A DNA stretch of 64,000 bases from the human T2T-CHM13v2.0 reference genome, Homo sapiens. The DNA is taken from assembly GCF_009914755.1 (NCBI RefSeq), contig NC_060948.1; one strand, written 5' to 3'. Under the pieces are notes generated by a model. The model saw only the letters and a program-made list of their open reading frames with translations, was not told where the DNA came from and made no database searches. Shown here one piece after another: positions 20,772 to 42,505 of the stretch. Position 1 is the stretch's first letter. Every line of letters begins with the position of its first letter. The position numbers were made by a program, and so were the translations under genes.

Positions 20772-22895
20772 AGATCCATATTTTTTAAATGAAAAAAAAT
20801 TTCAAAGGTACTCTGCTTGGTACAATAATCAAATGTATAAACTGAGGAATAAAACATAACCATGAAACCTACTTATAACTGCATATGGAAAATACAGAGG
20901 ATAATTTTTTAAATAACATATTTTGAAAGCCTTAACTAGTAATTTGAAGAGTTGGCATTTGAAAGGCCAGTATGAATATACCTTCAAAGCAGCAACACAG
21001 GTTCCCCATGAGAAAAAGCAAACTCAGGGAAAATAAAACCACAAAGGTTCAATCTCTTCTGACCTTTGAAAGACACAGCACAGACAGTGGTCCTTAGGAC
21101 GAAGAGCAGGAGACCCCTAATTCCGTCACCATGGCGATAGGGCATAAACATTGCTGGGTGAGGGCACAATCCACATTGTGAGGTCCAACTGCTGCCAGGA
21201 AGACAGGAGTGCTTTTACATAGACCGAAAGGTCATTGAAGGTTCAGAGTTTTGTTTCAAGAACTGAATCCCAAGCCCACACGTTATTAGGCTGCGCTTCT
21301 TAAAACAAGTTATGAGATGGGAAAAAGGGCACCTACAAACATACGTATACATTATGTATATAATAATATACAGTATCATATATATAATATATATAACCCA
21401 TGTATAATATTGTTTTACATCCTGCATCTTATGTTATATATATTGTATAAAATATAATAATTGATAATATATAAATTTTATATTTATACAATATGACATA
21501 TAGTATATATTATAATTTATTACATATATAATATATGTTATATATCATATATAGAATATATTCTATGGTTAATATACGTATTAAATATAAATTATACATT
21601 ATATATATTATATATAATATATCTGCTATATATAATACCCATTGTGCATAATATATATATTATGTCTATGTTATATATAGTATAAATCAACATATAATAA
21701 TATATAATTGTATATATAAAACGCGACATATAATATATATTATATTTTATGACAGATGTAATATATATTATATATTATATATAATACGTTGTATGTATAA
21801 TACCTATATTAAATATAAATTATATGACTATGTTATTAATTACATGTCACATATGTTATATATTATATATTTTACATAGAATATACCGGTTACATACAAT
21901 ATATACTATGTTACCTATAATGTATAATTTATTACATGTAAAATAAAGAATGCAATATATTATGTATAATTTATAATATACAATATGTGGAATGTGATAT
22001 ATATAACATATAATATATGATATATGATATACAGTATATGATATATAACATACAATGTATGATACCTAATATATATGGTATACAATATATATTTTATGAT
22101 ATGTATTCTATATGTTTTATATTCTGTTATATATAACTATTTGAAATTATATATAACTGTATAATATTTTATGTAAATATGTAATATAATATATAACTAT
22201 ATAATATATTATATATAACTATATATTATGTTATATATACTTTTATAACATAATTTACATAAAATATCATAATATAATATATATTATATTATTTCATATT
22301 ACATAATATATATTACATATCACCCAATATAAGTAACATACATAATATTATAATATAGATTATATTATGTTATATTAAATATCATATATATCATGTATCA
22401 TATATTCTATAATATATATGATACATTATATAATATGTATGTTGTCTATTATGTGATATATATAACTATATATAATTATATTATTATACATATTACTAGA
22501 TAAACATGTAATTCTACATATTTTCCTTTATAATATATAGAATTATATAATCATATATAATTATTTATATTCTATAAAAAATTATATCATTATATAAATT
22601 ATAATATATAAAAATTATAATATGTACTACAAATATATATATTATATATCATATATGATATAGTACCTTTGTTATATATCATAATACATATAAATGTGTA
22701 TTATGTTATCTATAATTATATAATTTCATATATAAGATGTATAATATGTATTATATATTATATATGTTATGTAATATATATAGTATATATAAGATGAAAC
22801 AGGATAAATATTATATACTATGACATATAAAATATATGAGGTTATATGTTACATATAAGGCATAGCACATAACATGTAATATATATCATATATAA

Positions 22896-23187
<292 letters not shown>

Positions 23188-25288
23188 AGATCCATATTTT
23201 TTAAATGAAAAAAAATTTCAAAGGTACTCTGCTTGGTACAATAATCAAATGTATAAACTGAGGAATAAAACATAACCATGAAACCTACTTATAACTGCAT
23301 ATGGAAAATACAGAGGATAATTTTTTAAATAACATATTTTGAAAGCCTTAACTAGTAATTTGAAGAGTTGGCATTTGAAAGGCCAGTATGAATACACCTT
23401 CAAAGCAGCAACACAGGTTCCCCATGAGAAAAAGCAAACTCAGGGAAAATAAAACCACAAAGGTTCAATCTCTTCTGACCTTTGAAAGACACAGCACAGA
23501 CAGTGGTCCTTAGGACGAAGAGCAGGAGACCCCTAATTCCGTCACCATGGCGATAGGGCATAAACATTGCTGGGTGAGGGCACAATCCACATTGTGAGGT
23601 CCAACTGCTGCCAGGAAGACAGGAGTGCTTTTACATAGACCGAAAGGTCATTGAAGGCTCAGAGTTTTGTTTCAAGAACTGAATCCCAAGCCCACACGTT
23701 ATTAGGCTGCGCTTCTTAAAACAAGTTATGAGATGGGAAAAAGGGCACCTACAAACATACGTATACATTATGTATATAATAATATACAGTATCATATATA
23801 TAATATATATAACCCATGTATAATATTGTTTTACATCCTGCATCTTATATTATATATATTGTATAAAATATAATAATTGATAATATATAAATTTTATATT
23901 TATACAATATGACATATAGTATATATTATAATTTATTACATATATAATATATGTTATATATCATATATAGAATATATTATACGGTTAATATACGTATTAA
24001 ATATAAATTATACATTATATATATTATATATAATATATCTGCTATATATAATACCCATTGTGCATAATATATATATTATGTCTATGTTATATATAGTATA
24101 AAACAACATATAATAATATATAATTGTATATATAAAACGCGACATATAATATATATTATATTTTATGACATATGTAATATATATTATATATTATATATAA
24201 TACGTTGTATGTATAATACCTATATTAAATATAAATTATATGACTATGTTATTAATTACATGTCACATATGTTATATATTATATATTTTACATAGAATAT
24301 ACCGGTTACATACAATATATACTATGTTACCTATAATGTATAATTTATTACATGTAAAATAAAGAATGCAATATATTATGTATAATTTATAATATACAAT
24401 ATGTGGAATGTGATATATATAACATATAATATATGATATATGATATACAGTATATGATATATAACATACAATATATGATACCTAATATATATGGTATACA
24501 ATATATATTTTATGATATGTATTCTATATGTTTTATATTCTGTTATATATAACTATTTGAAATTATATATAACTGTATAATATTTTATGTAAATATGTAA
24601 TATAATATATAACTATATAATATATTATATATAACTATATATTATGTTATATATACTTTTATAACATAATTTACATAAAATATCATAATATAATATATAT
24701 TATATTATTTCATATTACATAATATATATTACATATCACCCAATATAAGTAACATACATAATATTATAATATAGATTATATTATGTTATATTAAATATCA
24801 TATATATCATGTATCATATATTCTATAATATATATGATACATTATATAATATGTATGTTGTCTATTATGTGATATATATAACTATATATAATTATATTAT
24901 TATACATATTACTAGATAAACATGTAATTCTACATATTTTCATTTATAATATATAGAATTATATAATCATATATAATTATTTATATTCTATAAAAAATTA
25001 TATCATTATATAAATTATAATATATAAAAATTATAATATGTACTACAAATATATATATTATATATCATATATGGTATAGTACCTTTGTTATATATCATAA
25101 TACATATAAATGTGTATTATGTTATCTATAATTATATAATTTCATATATAAGATGTATAATATGTATTATATATTATATATGTTATGTAATATATATAGT
25201 ATATATAAGATGACACAGGATAAATATTATATACTATGACATATAAAATATATGAGGTTATATGTTAAATATAAGGCATAGCACATAA

Positions 25289-25603
<315 letters not shown>

Positions 25604-27702
25604 AGATCCATATTTTTTAAATGAAAAAAAATTTCAAAGGTACTCTGCTTGGTACAATAATCAAATGTATAAACTGAGGAATAAAACATAACCATGAAAC
25701 CTACTTATAACTGCATATGGAAAATACAGAGGATAATTTTTTAAATCACATATTTTGAAAGCCTTAACTAGTAATTTGAAGAGTTGGCATTTGAAAGGCC
25801 AGTATGAATATACCTTCAAAGCAGCAACACAGGTTCCCCATGAGAAAAAGCAAACTCAGGGAAAATAAAACCACAAAGGTTCAATCTCTTCTGACCTTTG
25901 AAAGACACAGCACAGACAGTGGTCCTTAGGACGAAGAGCAGGAGACCCCTAATTCCGTCACCATGGCGATAGGGCATAAACATTGCTGGGTGAGGGCACA
26001 ATCCACATTGTGAGGTCCAACTGCTGCCAGGAAGACAGGAGTGCTTTTACATAGACCGAAAGGTCATTGAAGGCTCAGAGTTTTGTTTCAAGAACTGAAT
26101 CCCAAGCCCACACGTTATTAGGCTGCGCTTCTTAAAACAAGTTATGAGATGGGAAAAAGGGCACCTACAAACATACGTATACATTATGTATATAATAATA
26201 TACAGTATCATATATATAATATATATAACCCATGTATAATATTGTTTTACATCCTGCATCTTATATTATATATATTGTATAAAATATAATAATTGATAAT
26301 ATATAAATTTTATATTTATACAATATGACATATAGTATATATTATAATTTATTACATATATAATATATGTTATATATCATATATAGAATATATTATACGG
26401 TTAATATACGTATTAAATATAAATTATACATTATATATATTATATATAATATATCTGCTATATATAATACCCATTGTGCATAATATATATATTATGTCTA
26501 TGTTATATAATATAAAACAACATATAATAATATATAATTGCATATATAAAACGCGACATATAATATATATTATATTTTATGACATATGTAATATATATTA
26601 TATATTATATATAATACGTTGTATGTATAATACCTATATTAAATATAAATTATATGACTATGTTATTAATTACATGTCACATATGTTATATATTATATAT
26701 TTTACATAGAATATACCGGTTACATACAATATATACTATGTTACCTATAATGTATAATTTATTACATGTAAAATAAAGAATGCAATATATTATGTATAAT
26801 TTATAATATACAATATGTGGAATGTGATATATATAACATATAATATATGATATATGATATACAGTATATGATATATAACATACAATATATGATACCTAAT
26901 ATATATGGTATACAATATATATTTTATGATATGTATTCTATATGTTTTATATTCTGATATATATAACTATTTGAAATTATATATAACTGTATAATATTTT
27001 ATGTAAATATGTAATATAATATATAACTATATAATATATTATATATAACTATATATTATGTTATATATACTTTTATAACATAATTTACATAAAATATCAT
27101 AATATAATATATATTATATTATTTCATATTACATAATATATATTACATATCACCCAATATAAGTAACATACATAATATTATAATATAGATTATATTATGT
27201 TATATTAAATATCATATATATCATGTATCATATATTCTATAATATATATGATACATTATATAATATGTATGCTGTCTATTATGTGATATATATAACTATA
27301 TATAATTATATTATTATACATATTACTAGATAAACATGTAATTCTACATATTTTCATTTATAATATATAGAATTATATAATCATATATAATTATTTATAT
27401 TCTATAAAAAATTATATCATTATATAAATTATAATATATAAAAATTATAATATGTACTACAAATATATATATTATATATCATATATGATATAGTACCTTT
27501 GTTATATATCATAATACATATAAATGTGTATTATGTTATCTATAATTATATAATTTCATATATAAGATGTATAATATGTATTATATATTATATATGTTAT
27601 GTAATATATATAGTATATATAAGATGACACAGGATAAATATTATATACTATGACATATAAAATATATGAGGTTATATGTTACATATAAGGCATAGCACAT
27701 AA

Positions 27703-28017
<315 letters not shown>

Positions 28018-30116
28018 AGATCCATATTTTTTAAATGAAAAAAAATTTCAAAGGTACTCTGCTTGGTACAATAATCAAATGTATAAACTGAGGAATAAAA
28101 CATAACCATGAAACCTACTTATAACTGCATATGGAAAATACAGAGGATAATTTTTTAAATAACATATTTTGAAAGCCTTAACTAGTAATTTGAAGAGTTG
28201 GCATTTGAAAGGCCAGTATGAATACACCTTCAAAGCAGCAACACAGGTTCCCCATGAGAAAAAGCAAACTCAGGGAAAATAAAACCACAAAGGTTCAATC
28301 TCTTCTGACCTTTGAAAGACACAGCACAGACAGTGGTCCTTAGGACGAAGAGCAGGAGACCCCTAATTCCGTCACCATGGCGATAGGGCATAAACATTGC
28401 TGGGTGAGGGCACAATCCACATTGTGAGGTCCAACTGCTGCCAGGAAGACAGGAGTGCTTTTACATAGACCGAAAGGTCATTGAAGGCTCAGAGTTTTGT
28501 TTCAAGAACTGAATCCCAAGCCCACACGTTATTAGGCTGCGCTTCTTAAAACAAGTTATGAGATGGGAAAAAGGGCACCTACAAACATACGTATACATTA
28601 TGTATATAATAATATACAGTATCATATATATAATATATATAACCCATGTATAATATTGTTTTACATCCTGCATCTTATATTATATATATTGTATAAAATA
28701 TAATAATTGATAATATATAAATTTTATATTTATACAATATGACCTATAGTATATATTATAATTTATTACATATATAATATATGTTATATATCATATATAG
28801 AATATATTATACGGTTAATATACGTATTAAATATAAATTATACATTATATATATTATATATAATATATCTGCTATATATAATACCCATTGTGCATAATAT
28901 ATATATTATGTCTATGTTATATAATATAAAACAACATATAATAATATATAATTGCATATATAAAACGCGACATATAATATATATTATATTTTATGACATA
29001 TGTAATATATATTATATATTATATATAATACGTTGTATGTATAATACCTATATTAAATATAAATTATATGACTATGTTATTAATTACATGTCACATATGT
29101 TATATATTATATATTTTACATAGAATATACCGGTTACATACAATATATACTATGTTACCTATAATGTATAATTTATTACATGTAAAATAAAGAATGCAAT
29201 ATATTATGTATAATTTATAATATACAATATGTGGAATGTGATATATATAACATATAATATATGATATATGATATACAGTATATGATATATAACATACAAT
29301 ATATGATACCTAATATATATGGTATACAATATATATTTTATGATATGTATTCTATATGTTTTATATTCTGATATATATAACTATTTGAAATTATATATAA
29401 CTGTATAATATTTTATGTAAATATGTAATATAATATATAACTATATAATATATTATATATAACTATATATTATGTTATATATACTTTTATAACATAATTT
29501 ACATAAAATATCATAATATAATATATATTATATTATTTCATATTACATAATATATATTACATATCACCCAATATAAGTAACATACATAATATTATAATAT
29601 AGATTATATTATGTTATATTAAATATCATATATATCATGTATCATATATTCTATAATATATATGATACATTATATAATATGTATGTTGTCTATTATGTGA
29701 TATATATAACTATATATAATTATATTATTATACATATTACTAGATAAACATGTAATTCTACATATTTTCATTTATAATATATAGAATTATATAATCATAT
29801 ATAATTATTTATATTCTATAAAAAATTATATCATTATATAAATTATAATATATAAAAATTATAATATGTACTACAAATATATATATTATATATCATATAT
29901 GATATAGTACCTTTGTTATATATCATAATACATATAAATGTGTATTATGTTATCTATAATTATATAATTTCATATATAAGATGTATAATATGTATTATAT
30001 ATTATATATGTTATGTAATATATATAGTATATATAAGATGACACAGGATAAATATTATATACTATGACATATAAAATATATGAGGTTATATGTTACATAT
30101 AAGGCATAGCACATAA

Positions 30117-30431
<315 letters not shown>

Positions 30432-32530
30432 AGATCCATATTTTTTAAATGAAAAAAAATTTCAAAGGTACTCTGCTTGGTACAATAATCAAATGTATAA
30501 ACTGAGGAATAAAACATAACCATGAAACCTACTTATAACTGCATATGGAAAATACAGAGGATAATTTTTTAAATAACATATTTTGAAAGCCTTAACTAGT
30601 AATTTGAAGAGTTGGCATTTGAAAGGCCAGTATGAATACACCTTCAAAGCAGCAACACAGGTTCCCCATGAGAAAAAGCAAACTCAGGGAAAATAAAACC
30701 ACAAAGGTTCAATCTCTTCTGACCTTTGAAAGACACAGCACAGACAGTGGTCCTTAGGACGAAGAGCAGGAGACCCCTAATTCCGTCACCATGGCGATAG
30801 GGCATAAACATTGCTGGGTGAGGGCACAATCCACATTGTGAGGTCCAACTGCTGCCAGGAAGACAGGAGTGCTTTTACATAGACCGAAAGGTCATTGAAG
30901 GCTCAGAGTTTTGTTTCAAGAACTGAATCCCAAGCCCACACGTTATTAGGCTGCGCTTCTTAAAACAAGTTATGAGATGGGAAAAAGGGCACCTACAAAC
31001 ATACGTATACATTATGTATATAATAATATACAGTATCATATATATAATATATATAACCCATGTATAATATTGTTTTACATCCTGCATCTTATATTATATA
31101 TATTGTATAAAATATAATAATTGATAATATATAAATTTTATATTTATACAATATGACATATAGTATATATTATAATTTATTACATATATAATATATGTTA
31201 TATATCATATATAGAATATATTATACGGTTAATATACGTATTAAATATAAATTATACATTATATATATTATATATAATATATCTGCTATATATAATACCC
31301 ATTGTGCATAATATATATATTATGTCTATGTTATATAATATAAAACAACATATAATAATATATAATTGCATATATAAAACGCGACATATAATATATATTA
31401 TATTTTATGACATATGTAATATATATTATATATTATATATAATACGTTGTATGTATAATACCTATATTAAATATAAATTATATGACTATGTTATTAATTA
31501 CATGTCACATATGTTATATATTATATATTTTACATAGAATATACCGGTTACATACAATATATACTATGTTACCTATAATGTATAATTTATTACATGTAAA
31601 ATAAAGAATGCAATATATTATGTATAATTTATAATATACAATATGTGGAATGTGATATATATAACATATAATATATGATATATGATATACAGTATATGAT
31701 ATATAACATACAATATATGATACCTAATATATATGGTATACAATATATATTTTATGATATGTATTCTATATGTTTTATATTCTGATATATATAACTATTT
31801 GAAATTATATATAACTGTATAATATTTTATGTAAATATGTAATATAATATATAACTATATAATATATTATATATAACTATATATTATGTTATATATACTT
31901 TTATAACATAATTTACATAAAATATCATAATATAATATATATTATATTATTTCATATTACATAATATATATTACATATCACCCAATATAAGTAACATACA
32001 TAATATTATAATATAGATTATATTATGTTATATTAAATATCATATATATCATGTATCATATATTCTATAATATATATGATACATTATATAATATGTATGC
32101 TGTCTATTATGTGATATATATAACTATATATAATTATATTATTATACATATTACTAGATAAACATGTAATTCTACATATTTTCATTTATAATATATAGAA
32201 TTATATAATCATATATAATTATTTATATTCTATAAAAAATTATATCATTATATAAATTATAATATATAAAAATTATAATATGTACTACAAATATATATAT
32301 TATATATCATATATGATATAGTACCTTTGTTATATATCATAATACATATAAATGTGTATTATGTTATCTATAATTATATAATTTCATATATAAGATGTAT
32401 AATATGTATTATATATTATATATGTTATGTAATATATATAGTATATATAAGATGACACAGGATAAATATTATATACTATGACATATAAAATATATGAGGT
32501 TATATGTTACATATAAGGCATAGCACATAA

Positions 32531-32845
<315 letters not shown>

Positions 32846-34944
32846 AGATCCATATTTTTTAAATGAAAAAAAATTTCAAAGGTACTCTGCTTGGTACAAT
32901 AATCAAATGTATAAACTGAGGAATAAAACATAACCATGAAACCTACTTATAACTGCATATGGAAAATACAGAGGATAATTTTTTAAATAACATATTTTGA
33001 AAGCCTTAACTAGTAATTTGAAGAGTTGGCATTTGAAAGGCCAGTATGAATACACCTTCAAAGCAGCAACACAGGTTCCCCATGAGAAAAAGCAAACTCA
33101 GGGAAAATAAAACCACAAAGGTTCAATCTCTTCTGACCTTTGAAAGACACAGCACAGACAGTGGTCCTTAGGACGAAGAGCAGGAGACCCCTAATTCCGT
33201 CACCATGGCGATAGGGCATAAACATTGCTGGGTGAGGGCACAATCCACATTGTGAGGTCCAACTGCTGCCAGGAAGACAGGAGTGCTTTTACATAGACCG
33301 AAAGGTCATTGAAGGCTCAGAGTTTTGTTTCAAGAACTGAATCCCAAGCCCACACGTTATTAGGCTGCGCTTCTTAAAACAAGTTATGAGATGGGAAAAA
33401 GGGCACCTACAAACATACGTATACATTATGTATATAATAATATACAGTATCATATATATAATATATATAACCCATGTATAATATTGTTTTACATCCTGCA
33501 TCTTATATTATATATATTGTATAAAATATAATAATTGATAATATATAAATTTTATATTTATACAATATGACCTATAGTATATATTATAATTTATTACATA
33601 TATAATATATGTTATATATCATATATAGAATATATTATACGGTTAATATACGTATTAAATATAAATTATACATTATATATATTATATATAATATATCTGC
33701 TATATATAATACCCATTGTGCATAATATATATATTATGTCTATGTTATATAATATAAAACAACATATAATAATATATAATTGCATATATAAAACGCGACA
33801 TATAATATATATTATATTTTATGACATATGTAATATATATTATATATTATATATAATACGTTGTATGTATAATACCTATATTAAATATAAATTATATGAC
33901 TATGTTATTAATTACATGTCACATATCTTATATATTATATATTTTACATAGAATATACCGGTTACATACAATATATACTATGTTACCTATAATGTATAAT
34001 TTATTACATGTAAAATAAAGAATGCAATATATTATGTATAATTTATAATATACAATATGTGGAATGTGATATATATAACATATAATATATGATATATGAT
34101 ATACAGTATATGATATATAACATACAATATATGATACCTAATATATATGGTATACAATATATATTTTATGATATGTATTCTATATGTTTTATATTCTGAT
34201 ATATATAACTATTTGAAATTATATATAACTGTATAATATTTTATGTAAATATGTAATATAATATATAACTATATAATATATTATATATAACTATATATTA
34301 TGTTATATATACTTTTATAACATAATTTACATAAAATATCATAATATAATATATATTATATTATTTCATATTACATAATATATATTACATATCACCCAAT
34401 ATAAGTAACATACATAATATTATAATATAGATTATATTATGTTATATTAAATATCATATATATCATGTATCATATATTCTATAATATATATGATACATTA
34501 TATAATATGTATGTTGTCTATTATGTGATATATATAACTATATATAATTATATTATTATACATATTACTAGATAAACATGTAATTCTACATATTTTCATT
34601 TATAATATATAGAATTATATAATCATATATAATTATTTATATTCTATAAAAAATTATATCATTATATAAATTATAATATATAAAAATTATAATATGTACT
34701 ACAAATATATATATTATATATCATATATGATATAGTACCTTTGTTATATATCATAATACATATAAATGTGTATTATGTTATCTATAATTATATAATTTCA
34801 TATATAAGATGTATAATATGTATTATATATTATATATGTTATGTAATATATATAGTATATATAAGATGACACAGGATAAATATTATATACTATGACATAT
34901 AAAATATATGAGGTTATATGTTACATATAAGGCATAGCACATAA

Positions 34945-35259
<315 letters not shown>

Positions 35260-37358
35260 AGATCCATATTTTTTAAATGAAAAAAAATTTCAAAGGTACT
35301 CTGCTTGGTACAATAATCAAATGTATAAACTGAGGAATAAAACATAACCATGAAACCTACTTATAACTGCATATGGAAAATACAGAGGATAATTTTTTAA
35401 ATAACATATTTTGAAAGCCTTAACTAGTAATTTGAAGAGTTGGCATTTGAAAGGCCAGTATGAATACACCTTCAAAGCAGCAACACAGGTTCCCCATGAG
35501 AAAAAGCAAACTCAGGGAAAATAAAACCACAAAGGTTCAATCTCTTCTGACCTTTGAAAGACACAGCACAGACAGTGGTCCTTAGGACGAAGAGCAGGAG
35601 ACCCCTAATTCCGTCACCATGGCGATAGGGCATAAACATTGCTGGGTGAGGGCACAATCCACATTGTGAGGTCCAACTGCTGCCAGGAAGACAGGAGTGC
35701 TTTTACATAGACCGAAAGGTCATTGAAGGCTCAGAGTTTTGTTTCAAGAACTGAATCCCAAGCCCACACGTTATTAGGCTGCGCTTCTTAAAACAAGTTA
35801 TGAGATGGGAAAAAGGGCACCTACAAACATACGTATACATTATGTATATAATAATATACAGTATCATATATATAATATATATAACCCATGTATAATATTG
35901 TTTTACATCCTGCATCTTATATTATATATATTGTATAAAATATAATAATTGATAATATATAAATTTTATATTTATACAATATGACATATAGTATATATTA
36001 TAATTTATTACATATATAATATATGTTATATATCATATATAGAATATATTATACGGTTAATATACGTATTAAATATAAATTATACATTATATATATTATA
36101 TATAATATATCTGCTATATATAATACCCATTGTGCATAATATATATATTATGTCTATGTTATATAATATAAAACAACATATAATAATATATAATTGCATA
36201 TATAAAACGCGACATATAATATATATTATATTTTATGACATATGTAATATATATTATATATTATATATAATACGTTGTATGTATAATACCTATATTAAAT
36301 ATAAATTATATGACTATGTTATTAATTACATGTCACATATCTTATATATTATATATTTTACATAGAATATACCGGTTACATACAATATATACTATGTTAC
36401 CTATAATGTATAATTTATTACATGTAAAATAAAGAATGCAATATATTATGTATAATTTATAATATACAATATGTGGAATGTGATATATATAACATATAAT
36501 ATATGATATATGATATACAGTATATGATATATAACATACAATATATGATACCTAATATATATGGTATACAATATATATTTTATGATATGTATTCTATATG
36601 TTTTATATTCTGATATATATAACTATTTGAAATTATATATAACTGTATAATATTTTATGTAAATATGTAATATAATATATAACTATATAATATATTATAT
36701 ATAACTATATATTATGTTATATATACTTTTATAACATAATTTACATAAAATATCATAATATAATATATATTATATTATTTCATATTACATAATATATATT
36801 ACATATCACCCAATATAAGTAACATACATAATATTATAATATAGATTATATTATGTTATATTAAATATCATATATATCATGTATCATATATTCTATAATA
36901 TATATGATACATTATATAATATGTATGCTGTCTATTATGTGATATATATAACTATATATAATTATATTATTATACATATTACTAGATAAACATGTAATTC
37001 TACATATTTTCATTTATAATATATAGAATTATATAATCATATATAATTATTTATATTCTATAAAAAATTATATCATTATATAAATTATAATATATAAAAA
37101 TTATAATATGTACTACAAATATATATATTATATATCATATATGATATAGTACCTTTGTTATATATCATAATACATATAAATGTGTATTATGTTATCTATA
37201 ATTATATAATTTCATATATAAGATGTATAATATGTATTATATATTATATATGTTATGTAATATATATAGTATATATAAGATGACACAGGATAAATATTAT
37301 ATACTATGACATATAAAATATATGAGGTTATATGTTACATATAAGGCATAGCACATAA

Positions 37359-37673
<315 letters not shown>

Positions 37674-39774
37674 AGATCCATATTTTTTAAATGAAAAAAA
37701 ATTTCAAAGGTACTCTGCTTGGTACAATAATCAAATGTATAAACTGAGGAATAAAACATAACCATGAAACCTACTTATAACTGCATATGGAAAATACAGA
37801 GGATAATTTTTTAAATAACATATTTTGAAAGCCTTAACTAGTAATTTGAAGAGTTGGCATTTGAAAGGCCAGTATGAATACACCTTCAAAGCAGCAACAC
37901 AGGTTCCCCATGAGAAAAAGCAAACTCAGGGAAAATAAAACCACAAAGGTTCAATCTCTTCTGACCTTTGAAAGACACAGCACAGACAGTGGTCCTTAGG
38001 ACGAAGAGCAGGAGACCCCTAATTCCGTCACCATGGCGATAGGGCATAAACATTGCTGGGTGAGGGCACAATCCACATTGTGAGGTCCAACTGCTGCCAG
38101 GAAGACAGGAGTGCTTTTACATAGACCGAAAGGTCATTGAAGGCTCAGAGTTTTGTTTCAAGAACTGAATCCCAAGCCCACACGTTATTAGGCTGCGCTT
38201 CTTAAAACAAGTTATGAGATGGGAAAAAGGGCACCTACAAACATACGTATACATTATGTATATAATAATATACAGTATCATATATATAATATATATAACC
38301 CATGTATAATATTGTTTTACATCCTGCATCTTATATTATATATATTGTATAAAATATAATAATTGATAATATATAAATTTTATATTTATACAATATGACA
38401 TATAGTATATATTATAATTTATTACATATATAATATATGTTATATATCATATATAGAATATATTATACGGTTAATATACGTATTAAATATAAATTATACA
38501 TTATATATATTATATATAATATATCTGCTATATATAATACCCATTGTGCATAATATATATATTATGTCTATGTTATATATAGTATAAAACAACATATAAT
38601 AATATATAATTGTATATATAAAACGCGACATATAATATATATTATATTTTATGACATATGTAATATATATTATATATTATATATAATACGTTGTATGTAT
38701 AATACCTATATTAAATATAAATTATATGACTATGTTATTAATTACATGTCACATATGTTATATATTATATATTTTACATAGAATATACCGGTTACATACA
38801 ATATATACCTTGTTACCTATAATGTATAATTTATTACATGTAAAATAAAGAATGCAATATATTATGTATAATTTATAATATACAATATGTGGAATGTGAT
38901 ATATATAACATATAATATATGATATATGATATACAGTATATGATATATAACATACAATATATGATACCTAATATATATGGTATACAATATATATTTTATG
39001 ATATGTATTCTATATGTTTTATATTCTGTTATATATAACTATTTGAAATTATATATAACTGTATAATATTTTATGTAAATATGTAATATAATATATAACT
39101 ATATAATATATTATATATAACTATATATTATGTTATATATACTTTTATAACATAATTTACATAAAATATCATAATATAATATATATTATATTATTTCATA
39201 TTACATAATATATATTACATATCACCCAATATAAGTAACATACATAATATTATAATATAGATTATATTATGTTATATTAAATATCATATATATCATGTAT
39301 CATATATTCTATAATATATATGATACATTATATAATATGTATGTTGTCTATTATGTGATATATATAACTATATATAATTATATTATTATACATATTACTA
39401 GATAAACATGTAATTCTACATATTTTCATTTATAATATATAGAATTATATAATCATATATAATTATTTATATTCTATAAAAAATTATATCATTATATAAA
39501 TTATAATATATAAAAATTATAATATGTACTACAAATATATATATTATATATCATATATGATATAGTACCTTTGTTATATATCATAATACATATAAATGTG
39601 TATTATGTTATCTATAATTATATAATTTCATATATAAGATGTATAATATGTATTATATATTATATATGTTATGTAATATATATAGTATATATAAGATGAC
39701 ACAGGATAAATATTATATACTATGACATATAAAATATATGAGGTTATATGTTACATATAAGGCATAGCACATAA

Positions 39775-40089
<315 letters not shown>

Positions 40090-42190
40090 AGATCCATATT
40101 TTTTAAATGAAAAAAAATTTCAAAGGTACTCTGCTTGGTACAATAATCAAATGTATAAACTGAGGAATAAAACATAACCATGAAACCTACTTATAACTGC
40201 ATATGGAAAATACAGAGGATAATTTTTTAAATCACATATTTTGAAAGCCTTAACTAGTAATTTGAAGAGTTGGCATTTGAAAGGCCAGTATGAATATACC
40301 TTCAAAGCAGCAACACAGGTTCCCCATGAGAAAAAGCAAACTCAGGGAAAATAAAACCACAAAGGTTCAATCTCTTCTGACCTTTGAAAGACACAGCACA
40401 GACAGTGGTCCTTAGGACGAAGAGCAGGAGACCCCTAATTCCGTCACCATGGCGATAGGGCATAAACATTGCTGGGTGAGGGCACAATCCACATTGTGAG
40501 GTCCAACTGCTGCCAGGAAGACAGGAGTGCTTTTACATAGACCGAAAGGTCATTGAAGGTTCAGAGTTTTGTTTCAAGAACTGAATCCCAAGCCCACACG
40601 TTATTAGGCTGCGCTTCTTAAAACAAGTTATGAGATGGGAAAAAGGGCACCTACAAACATATGTATACATTATGTATATAATAATATACAGTATCATATA
40701 TATAATATATATAACCCATGTATAATATTGTTTTACATCCTGCATCTTATGTTATATATATTGTATAAAATATAATAATTGATAATATATAAATTTTATA
40801 TTTATACAATATGACATATAGTATATATTATAATTTATTACATATATAATATATGTTATATATCATATATAGAATATATTCTATGGTTAATATACGTATT
40901 AAATATAAATTATACATTATATATATTATATATAATATATCTGCTATATATAATACCCATTGTGCATAATATATATATTATGTCTATGTTATATATAGTA
41001 TAAAACAACATATAATAATATATAATTGTATATATAAAACGCGACATATAATATATATTATATTTTATGACAGATGTAATATATATTATATATTATATAT
41101 AATACGTTGTATGTATAATACCTATATTAAATATAAATTATATGACTATGTTATTAATTACATGTCACATATGTTATATATTATATATTTTACATAGAAT
41201 ATACCGGTTAAATACAATATATACTATGTTACCTATAATGTATAATTTATTACATGTAAAATAAAGAATGCAATATATTATGTATAATTTATAATATACA
41301 ATATGTGGAATGTGATATATATAACATATAATATATGATATATGATATACAGTATATGATATATAACATACAATGTATGATACCTAATATATATGGTATA
41401 CAATATATATTTTATGATATGTATTCTATATGTTTTATATTCTGTTATATATAACTATTTGAAATTATATATAACTGTATAATATTTTATGTAAATATAT
41501 AATATAATATATAACTATATAATATATTATATATAACTATATATTATGTTATATATACTTTTATAACATAATTTACATAAAATATCATAATATAATATAT
41601 ATTATATTATTTCATATTACATAATATATATTACATATCACCCAATATAAGTAACATACATAATATTATAATATAGATTATATTATGTTATATTAAATAT
41701 CATATATATCATGTATCATATATTCTATAATATATATGATACATTATGTAATATGTATGCTGTCTATTATGTGATATATATAACTATATATAATTATATT
41801 ATTATACATATTACTAGATAAACATGTAATTCTACATATTTTCATTTATAATATATAGAATTATATAATCATATATAATTATTTATATTCTATAAAAAAT
41901 TATATCATTATATAAATTATAATATATAAAAATTATAATATGTACTACAAATATATATATTATATATCATATATGATATAGTACCTTTGTTATATATCAT
42001 AATACATATAAATGTGTATTATGTTATCTATAATTATATAATTTCATATATAAGATGTATAATATGTATCATATATTATATATGTTATGTAATATATATA
42101 GTATATATAAGATGACACAGGATAAATATTATATACTATGACATATAAAATATATGAGGTTATATGTTACATATAAGGCATAGCACATAA

Positions 42191-42505
<315 letters not shown>
